From NCBI GenBank assembly GCA_000388065.2, contig KB932208.1: a DNA stretch of 64,000 bases. The stretch is one strand, 5' to 3'. The position numbers were made by a program, and so were the translations under genes. Under the pieces are notes generated by a model. It saw only the letters and a list, made by a program, of their open reading frames with translations. It was not told the origin of the DNA and did not search any database. This DNA is from Fonticula alba ATCC 38817. Its lineage: Eukaryota > Protista > Nucleariida. Positions 27,434 through 39,571 of the stretch are shown piece after piece (the first letter of the stretch is position 1; each line of letters starts with the position of its first letter).

Positions 27434-29872
27434 GGCCGGCTTGCCCGTGTACAGGGAACAAGCGCGCCTCCGCGACGGCCTCTGGGGGGGGGGGCGGCGG
27501 TACTCCGGGCGACCGGGCCGACCGGTGTGGGGGATCCTTTTTGTGCGCGGTGTGTCTCGCCCGGGCGTCTGGCGGTCTCTTGGCGCCCGCCCGACCGGGG
27601 GGGGGGCGGCCGGCCCTTCCTGTCTCCCCTCCTCGGGCGGACCCGCGCGCCGGGCTTCGGAGACGCAGGGGCCGGCAGGCGCTTCCCCACTGGGGCCCCC
27701 GGGCAGGGCGGAGTTCGTCCGGCCGTTTGTGCGAGGTGCTCCTCCCGGGGGGCGGCGGCCCCCGCGCCGCCGAAGCGCACCTTCCAGCAGAGGCTGGCTG
27801 CTTCGCCGGTGGGGACTTCCCCGGCCGCCCGGCGGCCAGCGGGCACGGGCGCCCCCTTCTCCGGGATCTCCGCCCCGCCCGCCGCCTGGCACACGGCCCC
27901 CCCGTGTGTCTGCGGCCGTGGCCGCCACCGCCGCGCCGGAAGATGGACCGGGGGGGGGGGGGGCCGGGACGAGGGGGTCAGACCCCAGGCGCTGGGGCCC
28001 GGGAGTTGCGCCCGGCACACGGAGCTTCCGGCTACGGCGAACGATGGCCGCCCCCGGCCTAAGTGCCCTTGAGCCAATCTAACTCAGCTCTAGGCGCGCG
28101 CGCGCGCGCGCAAGCAGCAGAGCAGGTCCCGGCCCGGTGGCCCGGCGCGCAGCGTCCAGCCCGAACCTCCCGGGCCGGCCTCCTCGCTAATGCCGTAGCC
28201 CCTTCATTGCCAGCTGCAACCTCCAGCGCGCGGGAGCCACTGGCCGGCACCCCAAACCGCTGCTCCGCGGGATGCGCAGTTGTTTTTCTTTCGCCCGCCG
28301 TCGACCGACACACCCGCACCCGAGTGCCTGCCGGAAGGAAGATGGTCATTGTTTTTTTTTTTTTTTTTTTTTTTTCGCCCTCTCCCCNNNNNNNNNNGCC
28401 GGAAGGAAGATGGTCATTGTTTTTTTTTTTTTTTTTTTTTTTTTGCCCTCTCCCCCCCCCCCCCCGTTCACTTCGTCGTCCCTCGGGGCCCAGTATCGGC
28501 GGGGCCCCGGCCGGCGGGGGGCCGTTGTACGTGCTTTTCCACGGGCCCCGGCCGGCGCTCTCGCTCACGCAGCCGTGCGCAGCCCGGCCGCAAGGGGCGC
28601 CCGGGCGCGGGAGGCCACAGACTTAGACCATCGCTCTCAGGCCATTATTCTTCGGCCCGCCGCCGCTCCTGCACCCGGGTCTGCTTTCTTGCGAGCAGAG
28701 CCACCAAGGGGCCTGGCATTCTCCCGGGCGAATGGACCAGAGCCGGGGCCCGGCGCCGCCTGAGCCGTCCCCGGTAACCAGTTCCCCCTTCTCCTCGTCG
28801 GGTCCTCCTGCGGCGGATGGTGGCCGATGAACGCGCGCTCGCGCCCGTACAACTCCCGGTCCCGGGTCGGCGGCCACCGCTCGGTCTCGCCATTTGGGGG
28901 GACGTATGCCCCCCGCCCTGCCCTCCCCCCCCCCCCGCCCCCCAGGCTGCCGCCCGGCTGCGGCTGCAGCCTTCCCCGCGCCGGGGGCCATAGTCTCTGC
29001 CGGCTCCGGCTTGCCGGCTCGCGAGCGAGCGAGCCCAGCATTTTGGCTCGTCCACACCGCACCGGCGCCCTGGCGCGCCCCACTCGCACACGCGCCCCGG
29101 GGTTGAGGCTGCCCATCATGCGCTGAGCACCGGCGTGCGGCCAAGGGCCCGCAGGGGGGGGGGGGCGGGGGCGGGGGACGAAGAATGTCCCCCGCCGCCC
29201 CCCTCCCCACTCCGAGGTCCAGGAAATCTGCGCACCCGGCCCCGCCCGCCCCGCCCCCCCCTGCCGCCTCATTCGGTCCCCCTGTTGCCGGGCCCGTTGC
29301 CTCCGGCATCCGAGAGCTTGGGCCGTTTTTATAAAAGACCGATTGTCGCTGGGGACCAAGCCCTGTTCCCGACCCTCTACACACAACAACGCGCCCCCCC
29401 CCCCCCCCTCTTTGCCGCCTCTCCTCCATTCTGCGTGCACCGCTCCCTCCCCCGCCCAATCCCTCCCCTCGTCGCCGCCTCCGCCGCTCTTACAAGCGCT
29501 ACGCTGCCCGGGGCAGCCGATAAAGAGCGACAGTCTCTGCGTGTGTTTTCTCCCTCCCCCCCCGCTACATCGCGTCTGGACGCTGCCGGTACGTTCCCCA
29601 TGCCTGCTGAGCCCGGTCCTCCCGCCACACGTCTCCGTCCCCACCCAACGGCACCGCCCGCTCCCTCCCTCCCTCCCTCCCTCCCTCCCTCTCTCTCCTC
29701 CNNNNNNNNNNNNNNNNNNNNNNNNNNNNNNNNNNNNNNNNNNCCCCCCCCCCCCCCCCCCCCTCGCCACAGTGATCCTCTCCTGCAAGCCGTCCACCCG
29801 GTAAGGAGAGCTTTTCACCCGTCCTCCCCAATTTCCTCTCCTCGTCCCCAGCTCGCCCTCGACGACGTGAGC

Positions 29873-31900
29873 ATGTCCTCCGGCGCTCTGATCCAACCGA
29901 CCACACTGCGCAGCCCTCACCCCTCGCTCCCCTGTGATCGCATGGACAACCCCTTCCTTGCTCGACATGTCCCCTCCTCGCCGATGGGAGGGGGCCATGA
30001 GCATCACCACCACCACCACCACCACCACCACTTTGTGGCAGACATCGGCGGGCCAGCTTGCTTCACACTTTCCCCCCCCTCGGCTGCCGGGCACTGCAAC
30101 GGCACCTCGACCGCTCGGTCCCTCATCACGCCGCCCTCGTTTGGCACGCCCAGCGCCCTGGCGGCCACCCTGCCCGGGCCCAGCCATCGAGCCCTCTGGG
30201 CCGGGGCCGCGCCCGAAAGCGACATCCTAGATGCCGCCCGGCCGCACCTCAAGCGCAAGCCCATCACCCTCGGTACCTCTCGGCAGCATGTCTCTCCCCG
30301 CCGCTTCCCCGCTTCCCCCCCCCTCCCCCCCCCCCCCCCCTGTTGGCGGCCCCATCCAGCGCATTGACAATCTCCTCCCTCCGCTCCCTCCCCTCCTCCG
30401 CCGTTGGGCCAAATCAATCGCAGCCCACCCTGCCGCATCGCCCAGCATTTCGCCCCAGCAGCCTGAGGACGCCCTGACGAAGGGGCTCTATCCCATCGGC
30501 GGTCGGCCCGCCACCGGCATGGCCCCCGGGCCGGGCGACCTCTCCCCGAGCGAGGGCGATCTCTTCCGACGCGAGCCGGTCTTCTCCCCCCGGCCGAAGA
30601 ACCTGGCCGCCACCCGTCGGACACAGCAGCCACAGCCGCACGTCGTGCCGTCGGAGTCCTCGGGGCACCAGGCCAACCCGGCCTCCGGCTGGACCCCCTC
30701 GCCATTTGTCTTTTCTCTGGCCGGCATGGACCCCGCCACTTCGGGCACCGGGACATTCCACTCGCCCCTGAGAAGCACGCCGGCCTCCCTCTCCAGCTTC
30801 AACATTTCTCCCGAAGCCCCAGGGCAACAGGGCGGGCTCCCCCCTACGCCCTTGCCGCCGCCGCAGCACCAACAGCAGCAGCAGCAACAGCAGCATGCTA
30901 CTGGCTGTTCCACCTCCTTCCTTGCCACGCCAATCGCCACCCCCTGCGCCTCGCCGGTCATTGGCGGCGGCAATAGCAGCGCCTCCGCCGCGGCCCTGTA
31001 TAGCCGCAGCCCCACCTCCAATGACCTGCACCGTTCGAAACGCCACCAGTCGGCGCACTCGTCCGGTTCGTCCTCAGCAGTGGCCTTCCTTTCGCGCAGC
31101 CGGCCCAATGCCACGTCTGCCCCGGACATCATCACTCCCAACGGCGGCAGCGGCAGCGGCAGCGGCGGCACTTCTTGCGGGATTGTCTCATCGGCATCGG
31201 CGTCACTGCTTGGCTTGACAGCCGAAGAGGGGTCCGCCTCTGAGGGGGGCAGCCTCTTGCTGGGCAGCAGCTCCACCACGCCGAGCATCCCCTCGGCTTC
31301 GCAGCTCGTCCGGTCCAGCTCGTCGCCGCTCTTCCTCGAGTCGAGCTCCTCCTCAGATAGCCTCTTCCAGGGCTCCGGCTTCGCTGCCCCTTCGGCCGGG
31401 GGTGGCCTGCCGCCCACGGCAACCGCCGGCTTCGGGGGAGGACGCCCCTTCCAGTCCCCCACCGGTAGCCACCACCTTTCAGACATACTTCACTCCTCCT
31501 GGACGCCGATCGAGCGCTCCTTCCCGCCCCCCGCTCCCGGGCACTACCTCAATCCCCTGAAGGACATGAGGGCGGCCATGGCGTCGCTGCACCCGCACCA
31601 GCATCAGCCATCGCAGCAACCGGCCACCACCGACAGCGACAGTGATGACCACTTCCCGGCCCCGCCGACACCAGCCTCCCTGCGGTCGGTCAGCCCGGAG
31701 TCCTCCGGTTCGGCATCATCCTCCTCGTCTTCCTCCCAGGCCACCGGGGCCCGGGCTCCCTCCCCCTCGACCAGCCAGCTGTCGACCACACCGACCTCCA
31801 GCGCCGCACACTATTACCTGGCCACGTCGGGTCGTCGGCGAGCGGTCGTCTACGGCCAGCCTGGCGAGGACCTGTCCTGCCCGTTCACGGCTGCGGCGGC

Positions 31901-31931
<31 letters not shown>

Positions 31932-31945
31932 GCCTCCACTGCCGC

Positions 31946-31991
<46 letters not shown>

Positions 31992-32363
31992 TTCTCACAC
32001 CAGTATCCCCTCTCCGTGGCACCGACGACGGTTCCCATGCGGGGTGGCGCCCATGGCACCACGGCTGCCTCCCAGCAGCAGTCCTTCTTCCCTTCGGATG
32101 GCGGGTCCCTCTCCTTCATGCGGCAGCAGGGCTTCGAGCAGTCTGGCTTCCGGGGCACGGCATCCACATCCCCGGTGTCCGGCTCGTCGTCCACCTCCTC
32201 GCTCAGCTCGCTCTTTGGCACGTCACAGGCTGCCCCCATCTCGACGACTGCCTCCACCAACTGTGGGGCTTCGGCTGACCTGGAGGAGGATGACCGCATG
32301 ATGATGAGGATGGAGACCGACTGCGACGGTGACTGTGACGGTGACCAAGCCATGTATTTTTAA
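29873..32363 (+). CDS. Orphan low-complexity Ser/Pro/Gln/His-rich protein, about 779 aa; exons 29873-30272, 30424-32363
   Basis: ORF MSSGALIQ..MDNPF..H10..HLKRKPITL joins the 710-aa ORF frame through a phase-1 intron (GTACCT 30273 .. CAG 30423); 2340 nt total, ends at TAA 32363. Contains polyH, polyQ, polyA and many SP/TP sites. No recognisable domain. Probable 5'-UTR exons upstream. Confidence 0.7.
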
Positions 32364-33388
32364 ATCCCCCCCCCCCCCCCTCCCCCCCGTTCCTCCCGTC
32401 TCCGGCTCCCTGTATTTTACGATTGTATCCTAGATTCTCCGTCCCCCCCTCACATCTCCCCTCCTCTTTTGCTTCTCGCGCGCGTGCGCGCGCGCGCACG
32501 GGGCACGGCCCTGCGGCGGCTTCTCCGCATTACTCTGTCGCCCCGGGGCGCCACGCCTCCCCTCCTCTTCCTCCTCCCTCTTTCCCGGCCGGACATCTTC
32601 GATGTCGCAATCCCGCCAGTTTTTGACCACGCCCTCCCTCATGCTGAGGGGCTCGGGCAGGGGCCTACAGCAGTGCACACGTCCCCCCACAGGGAGCACT
32701 TAGATTTGCTCAGCACCCTCTCTTCCCTCCCTCCCTCCCTCCCTCCCTCCCTCCCCCCCCACACACACACGCACGCGGCAGGCAGGGCGAGGGAGGTGCT
32801 CCAATCTCCTTTGCACTTGCCGATGCCTCACTCCCGGCTGCCCCTGTGCTCCCTCCTCCTCCCCCTCCCCTCCTTCAGTGCGTGCCCTCTCCCGGAGGGG
32901 CACACGCGCGCCTTGCCAGTTCCATCACTCGCTCCGCGCCCCTCTCAAAAAGCCCCTCCCACCACACTTTTGAGCACATCCGTGGTCTGGAGTTTGCAAA
33001 AAAAAAAAATACACCCCGCTCTCATCTCATTCCTTTTGCCTTCCATGCACCGTCGAGTGCTCGGGCTTTCTCTTTGCTGTCGGCCCCCGCCGGGGCGCGG
33101 TAGGGGCGTCCCAGACGAGGAGAGGGGCCCATCAAGATCTGCCATGCTTGGCGCTGTGGCTCTGCCCTGTGACGAGGGGGGAGGAGGAAAAGGCAGGGAG
33201 GAGATGGATGAGCTGCGTTACATTGGCGTCCAGGTTGGCTCCTGGCCGACTGGCGGACCCGAGCTAGTGGCTGTTTCTCCGCGAGGCTGCCCAGCGGAGA
33301 CCGAGCTAACAACAGCCAGGGAGAGATGGAGGGCCAGGGAAAGGGGGAGCGAGCGAGGAGGGAAGAAAATACCAGACCCAATGTATGC

Positions 33389-33420
<32 letters not shown>

Positions 33421-34740
33421 GCACGCACGCTCACGGCCCACACTCAGGGAAAGGTGCGCCAACACCGGACTCAGGAAGGATGCCAGCGGCGGAGGGTAAT
33501 CCCGGGCCGACCCCCCAAGAGAGGTTTGGGTCCGCGTCTGGCGCCAGAGCAGCGGACGCACAACGGAGTGGTAACCCCCCGCCCCTGGGCTCCCCTGACT
33601 CCTCCCACCCCGCGCCCCTCACCCCTCGCCCCTCGGACCGAGGCCATTCTGCGATTCATGGGGCCAGCTGCCTGGAGTAAGACATGGCGCCCCCTTTTGG
33701 CCTGCGCCAGTTTCGCCGGGCTGGACCAGGAAAAAAAAGTCCCAAATGCGTTTGCCGCTTCTCGGCAGCTCGCCGGCCGCCCCCGCACCGCCCCCCGGGC
33801 TGGAGGGGGAGGCGAGACAGAGAGAGAGAGAGAGACAGGGGCGAAGGGGGGTGCCCGCGCACATAGGCACACACACACACACACACATTCACCAAGGATG
33901 AGTAATGAGCCCGGCCGCGCCGCGGCAAAAGGCCAGCCACCCCCGGCGCATGTTCGGCCCCCCCCCACACCGGCCCATGTTACCTGACGCAGGAGTTGTG
34001 CTTATACGGGCGAGCTGGGCACGCCAGGCGACGCCGGGCATCCCCCCCCCTCCAGAAGCGAAAGGCGGACCCCACTTCGCCGGCCCTGCCGCCGGTACAC
34101 CCTGCATCCGGGCCCGCTACCTGACTCGGTTTGTCTCAAACGGTGGTAGTGAATTTCAAATCATCGGCGCAATCCCAAAGACCATTCTGGGCACCATTAC
34201 ATGTATCACGAGCTCCAATCACACTACCGGGTCACACCGATCCCGGAGTGGGCGCCGCCCCCGCGCACCGGCCCAAGGTGTGTGCTGCCGGGGCGAGGGC
34301 ACACATGCGGGTTGGTGGCGGCCCGACGCGCACGCACACGCGCTTGCTCCGAGATCGCCGGCCCTCCATGTGGCCCCGCCGCCTGCCTTTGGGCGGCTCT
34401 TCAGCCGGTGCGCGGTGCTAGGCTTGGCCCGGAGCGTGCCGGCAACTCTCCCCCACCTCGCCCTGTCCCTCCTCCTCTGGCCCTCTCTTCCTGTCCCCCC
34501 CCTGCTCACCCCCACCCCCACCCCCCTCCCTGCCTTCCCTCCCCTGCCACGCATTCTCCCCTCCTCTGTGGGATGCTCTCGCGTGCGCGCCACTTTCTGA
34601 AACTCCCCTCATCACGGCCCGCCCTCCTCGCCCTGCTTCAGCCCCACCAGCCGGGACGCTTTGCCCGCGCCACCGTCGTCGCGCATCTCCCCTCCGCGTG
34701 CCCGCACCCCGCGCGCTTCTCCTCGGCCGCCCCTCTTGCC

Positions 34741-37624
34741 ATGAGTATGGAGGACCTGTCCCCCGCGACGGCCAATGTCGAAACCTCCGACGCCGGCGTG
34801 AAGCGCAAGCGCCCGGAGGGTGATGCGCTGGAGCGCAATGCCCCGGCCGCCACGCGGCGGCCCGGGGCCCCGGCCGCCTCCGGCAATGCCCCGGCCCCCT
34901 TCTTCGAGAAGGACTTCGGCATTGAGCTCTACATTTCCTCCGATCTGCCCCCCATCCCGGGGCTCATCAAGTACCGGTACTCGGATTTCATTGTCAACGA
35001 GATCGCCGAGGATGGCACGGTCATCCGCGTCACCGAGATGAAGCCCCTGTGCGATGAGGTCCCGGCTGCGGCTGCGGCTGCGGCTGCGGCCGCGCCCCCC
35101 GAGGCTGCTGCTTCTGAGCCCGCTGCCGCCGCGCCCGAGGCGACGCCCGCCGCCCCGGCCGGGCCTTCGGAGGATGCCCAAGCTGGCTTGGCCTTTTTGA
35201 GCCGTCTGCTTGGGGAGGACATCCTCGCCGAGCTGAAGGAAATGAACGCCGCCGCCGAGAGCGACCCCACCCTCAAGCGCACCACCCACTTCAAGGTGCA
35301 TGGCTCCTCTCGCTCCTCGCCTCCTGCCTCCTCCTCCTCCTCCAGCCACATTACTGCGGTCTGTCACTTGCCCCTGCCCAGTCGCCGAGCTGACAACCTC
35401 CTCCCCCTTCCCGCCTTCCCCCCCCTCCCCATCCTCCTCCCTGGCCCCAGGCCCCCGAGGACAAGGACGATCGCCGGCAGCTTCACAAGGCCGTGCGTGA
35501 TGCCCTCCCCCGGCTGGAGACCTCTTTCGTCCGGCCCGGCGAGCGTGGGTATCCGGCTGCCCCGGTCGACTCGGCCGATGCCGCTCCTGCCCCGACCGAC
35601 ACCATGATCGCTGTGTCGGTGGCCAAGTTCGTGCAGGGCCAGCGGTCGCGTCGCTCGACCGGCGGCGGCCGTGCCGGCAAGCGCGGCCTGCCTGCCTGGC
35701 CCGAGGACCGGCCCCGGTACTGCGAGTTCCACCTGGTCAAGGCCAACCGCGACCACTACAACCTGGTGTTCCTCCTGCAGAAGATGCTGCGCACGGGCAA
35801 CAATGTCTTTTCCATCGCCGGCACCAAGGACAAGCGGGGGGTCACGGTGCAGCGCGTCCGTGCGTCCATGATCACGGCCACTCGCCTGGCCGGCCTGTCG
35901 CGCGAGCTCCGCGGCGTCAAGTTCGGCAACTTCTCCTATGTCTCCGGGCCACTGAGCCTGGGCGACCTCAAGGGGAACCGCTTTACCCTGGCCATCCGGT
36001 ATGTGGCATGCTCATTCCGTCTCTCTCTCTCCCTCTCTCCCCCCCCCCTCTCTCTCTCTCTCTCTTTCCCTCTCCGTTTCTCTCTCGCTCGTTCAATTTC
36101 CCCCGAATGTTGCCCCTCTGCTATGTTCATCGGTCTTTCGGTATGCCCGTGATAGCCGTCCACTCACCTCCTCGTCACAGCAATGTGCAGGGCGATGAGG
36201 CCACCATCGCCGCGGCCATCGGCTCCCTCCAGGAGAAGGGCTTCATCAACTACTTCGGCATGCAGCGATTCGGCACCGGCTTCGTCCCAACTCACAAAAT
36301 TGGTGAGATGATGCTCCGCCGCGACTACCAGGGGGTCTTCCACACGGTGATCTCCTCTCTGGCCCAGGGGTCCGGCAACACTGGGCTCATGGATGCCTTC
36401 CAGGCGTATGTTGCCCAGCCGACGGTCCCGATGCTGGAGAAGATCCTCCCGCACTTGGAATCCCGTCACTTGATCGAGATTTCCTTCGTCAAGTCCCTGA
36501 TCCAGCATGGGCCGACCTCCTTCCAAAACGCCTTCTCCTCGGTGCGTTCATCCGGCTGCTGACGCCCTTCCCGTGTCCCTCCCCCGCCTCTTTTTTTTTT
36601 GTGCTGACCTCCCTCTCCCTACGTGGCATATTCCCCCCCTGCTCCCCCCCGCCCCAAAAAAAAGCTTCCCCGCCACTTGCGTTCGCTGTATGCCCATAGC
36701 CTCCAGAGCTTGATCTGGAATCGTGCCGTCAGCGAGCGCGTTCGCCGGTTCGGCCTGGTCCCGGTGGTGGGTGATCTGGTCTTGGACCCGGCTTCGCGCG
36801 GCACGGCTGACGGCCTTGTCGCCGATGACGCGGAGGATGCCGCTGTCCTGGTCGACGCCCAGGCTGGCAACGAGAAGAAGCCCATCGCCAAGGCCATCGC
36901 CATCACCGAGGATACCCTGGCAAACTACACCATCGATGATGTGGTTCTACCCATGGCCGGTGCGGATATTCTCTTCCCCCCCAATATGCAGGACTTCTAC
37001 AATGCCGAGTTCGCCAAGCTTGAGATGGATCTCCAGGCCTTTAAGGAGCAGGCCACGTGCGTCTGTTTCTTTCTTTTCTCCTTTCCCCGCATCCCCTCCC
37101 CGGACCCGCACGCACGCACGCACGCACATCCATCCATCCAGCCAGCCATCCATACTTTCCTCCCTTTCCTTCTTGCCACCCTCTCACCCCTGCTACTCTC
37201 TGAGGCCGTTGGTGCCTCTGCCCTCCCCCGACATTCCCAACGATAGCAAGCTCGTCATTTATGGCGCTTATCGCCCGCTCCTTGGTCGTGTCCAGCAGCT
37301 CGAGTGGTCGACCATGCGCTACGCCGATGTCAATGACCACCTCATGCTCACCGACATGGATCGTATTGAGAGCCCGGATATGCCAGAGCCTGTGTCCAAC
37401 CCGGGTATGTCCCCCCCCCCCCCCACCCGTGTCGTCGCTGCCCTCTTCTCTCCTGCCTTGCCCCTAACAAATGGCTCTTTGCCCCCCCCGGCTTTCCTGC
37501 AGATGGCCAGTACCTTGCTCTCCTCATGTCCTTCAGTCTGAACTCTTCGCACTATGCCACCATGGCCCTGCGAGAGATCCTCAAGGTCGAGACCAGCAGC
37601 GCCCAGCAGACCCTCCTCTCCTAG
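34741..37624 (+). CDS. PUS7: Pseudouridine synthase 7 (TruD family); exons 34741-35295, 35451-35998, 36181-36541, 36665-37056, 37247-37404, 37503-37624
   Basis: DFGIELYI..GLIKYRYSDFIVNEI; catalytic FSIAGTKDKRGVTVQR; GDLKGNRFTLAIR; GFINYFGMQRFG; LYAHSLQSLIWNRAVSERV; YTIDDVVLPMAG; GAYRPLL; FSLNSSHYATMALREILK. Confidence 0.97.
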
Positions 37625-37905
37625 ACGCTTGTCATGCTCCTCCTTATCGGCCCCCTTCGCGACTCCCCTTCACAGGTGTCCCGGCCAGTCGCGCGGTTTG
37701 CTGTTTGCTGTTTGCGCTCTGCACACGCATACCTCCTCCCCCCTTGTCCTTCCCCTCGGCCCAGTGGTCTAGAATACACTTGAGAACTGACTCGCAGGCA
37801 GCGCTTAGAGGTGAAAGAGCGGATACCGCGTGAATGTATGTATGTATGTATGTGTGTGTGTGTGAATTCTGCCGTCAGACAGCCCGGACCATCAGTGCCA
37901 CGCCG

Positions 37906-39532
37906 CTAGTCCGAGTCGTGATCCTCGTCGTCGGAATAGAAGCCAGCCGAAATGATGGCCCCCTTGAGGAAGGAGTCACGCCGGATCTCGCTCAGCAGGG
38001 TGGACAGATTGTCACGTCGGCGTTCACGGACCCAGGCCTCGCCGATGGCCGGATGGGACGCCGGCGGCGGCGGCGGCGGCGACGACGACGATGAAGACGA
38101 CGACATCGCCGCCGCACCGGCCTCTGGCCCGCCAGAGCCGGCTTCCGGCTGGACAATGAGACTGCCACGAGCGCGAAGCTTCGCGATGGTCCGCTGTGAG
38201 GTGACCTTTTCATCTTCATAAATCCCCTGCACGCAACGCAAAACCTGGGCATCCCTCGACAGTTTGTCCAGCGACGCTGCCAGGGCCGATCGATAGGCCA
38301 GCCGCGAGGCACTCTCGATGGAGCGAGTCAATGCCGCACGCCCGAGCTCCGGGTGCCCCTCGGCCAGGGTGAAAAAGAGAGCCATCGGCCCGGAGGGCTG
38401 ACTGCCCGGGTGAGGCAGGGCCGCGGCCGAAAGGACACCGATGCCCTGGCCCGAAGCAAACCCCCCTCCGCCTGAGACCGGGGCCGCCGTCGCCCCGGCA
38501 TCATCCAGGGCGGTTACCGTGCGCAGGCTCAACAGCAGCAGGCCAGCCGACGAGTGGGCAGCACAGCTCCGGGCAATTTGCCGAATGAGCTGATCGCACC
38601 GGGCGATGCAGTCATGCCAGGCGCGCTCGGTGGCCGGGGGAGCAGAGGCAACGAACTCCGCATTTGACAGCCGACAGGCGGAGATAATGCACCGAGCGCT
38701 GATGACAAAGTTCATGAGGGCCAGCCAGACAGTTTCCACGAGCGGGTCGGTTGTCTGGCCCGGAGCAGGTGGCGGGGGGGCATTCGCGGAGCCGGAATCC
38801 AACTGGGCCGATTCCCAGGCCCCACCACTGCCGACGGGGTACATGTCCACCGTGCTCACCGTGACCGAGCGCGAGGCGATCGACGCCCGCTGACAGAGGG
38901 CGATGGCGCTCAGTGCCAGGTTTTCCAGCTTGCGCATCGCCGCCTCGGCGCGGGGCAGGCTCTCATGGACGACCAGCGGCCCGGCCTCAGGAGCCACCAT
39001 GGACTCCAGCGTCCGGGCGATCATCACGGCCAGGGACTCTGTGGCCCGCGAGTACACGCGAATGGCGCCCGGCAGGTCGCCGGAGACGCTAAGCAGATAG
39101 GCGGATGCCTCGGCAATGCCGTTCTTGTTCGTGATCGCTAGCGCATGCTCGAGGGGGATGCTGTACAGGAGGGGGGCGGGGGGGAGATGCCACATGAGTC
39201 GTCAGGATGCAACCAAAGTCGAGGGGGAGCCACGAAAAGAAGAGACAGGGAGAGGGGGCGGGGGGGTGAAGAGGGTAGAAGGAGGAACAGGGGGCAGCAA
39301 CGCACGTGCTATTGCGCTTGAGCCAGCCGCAGACATTTCCCGGCTCGCAGATGCACATCAGCTCGAAGTACATCATCTGGAGGCTGGCATACTGCACGGG
39401 GGCCAGCTTGGCCAGAAGCTGGTGGAATGTCTGTCCGACGACCGAATGCTCCCGCGGAGGGGTGGTCAAGCGACTCTCCTCCAGCAAGTGGGAAAGGAAC
39501 TGGATGGGCCGGCTGTCAGGTCAAGCAGGGGG

Positions 39533-39571
<39 letters not shown>

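Noticed and set aside
26109-28082. Long ORFs (657 aa +, 589 aa -) and many other Pro/Arg/Gly/Ala-rich ORFs
   Set aside because: All frames are open in very GC-rich DNA, with no domain or splice support; shadow ORFs.
28330-28460. Direct repeat GCCGGAAGGAAGATGGTCATTG-T(n) with CCGGAAGGAAG resembling the SRP helix-8 loop
   Set aside because: The two copies flank a 10-N gap (unmerged contig overlap), and the CAGG/AGCAG internal loop of SRP RNA is absent.
30315-30341. Possible frameshift at the C16 run joining the two orphan ORFs
   Set aside because: An in-frame GT-AG intron (30273-30423) explains the junction without invoking an error.
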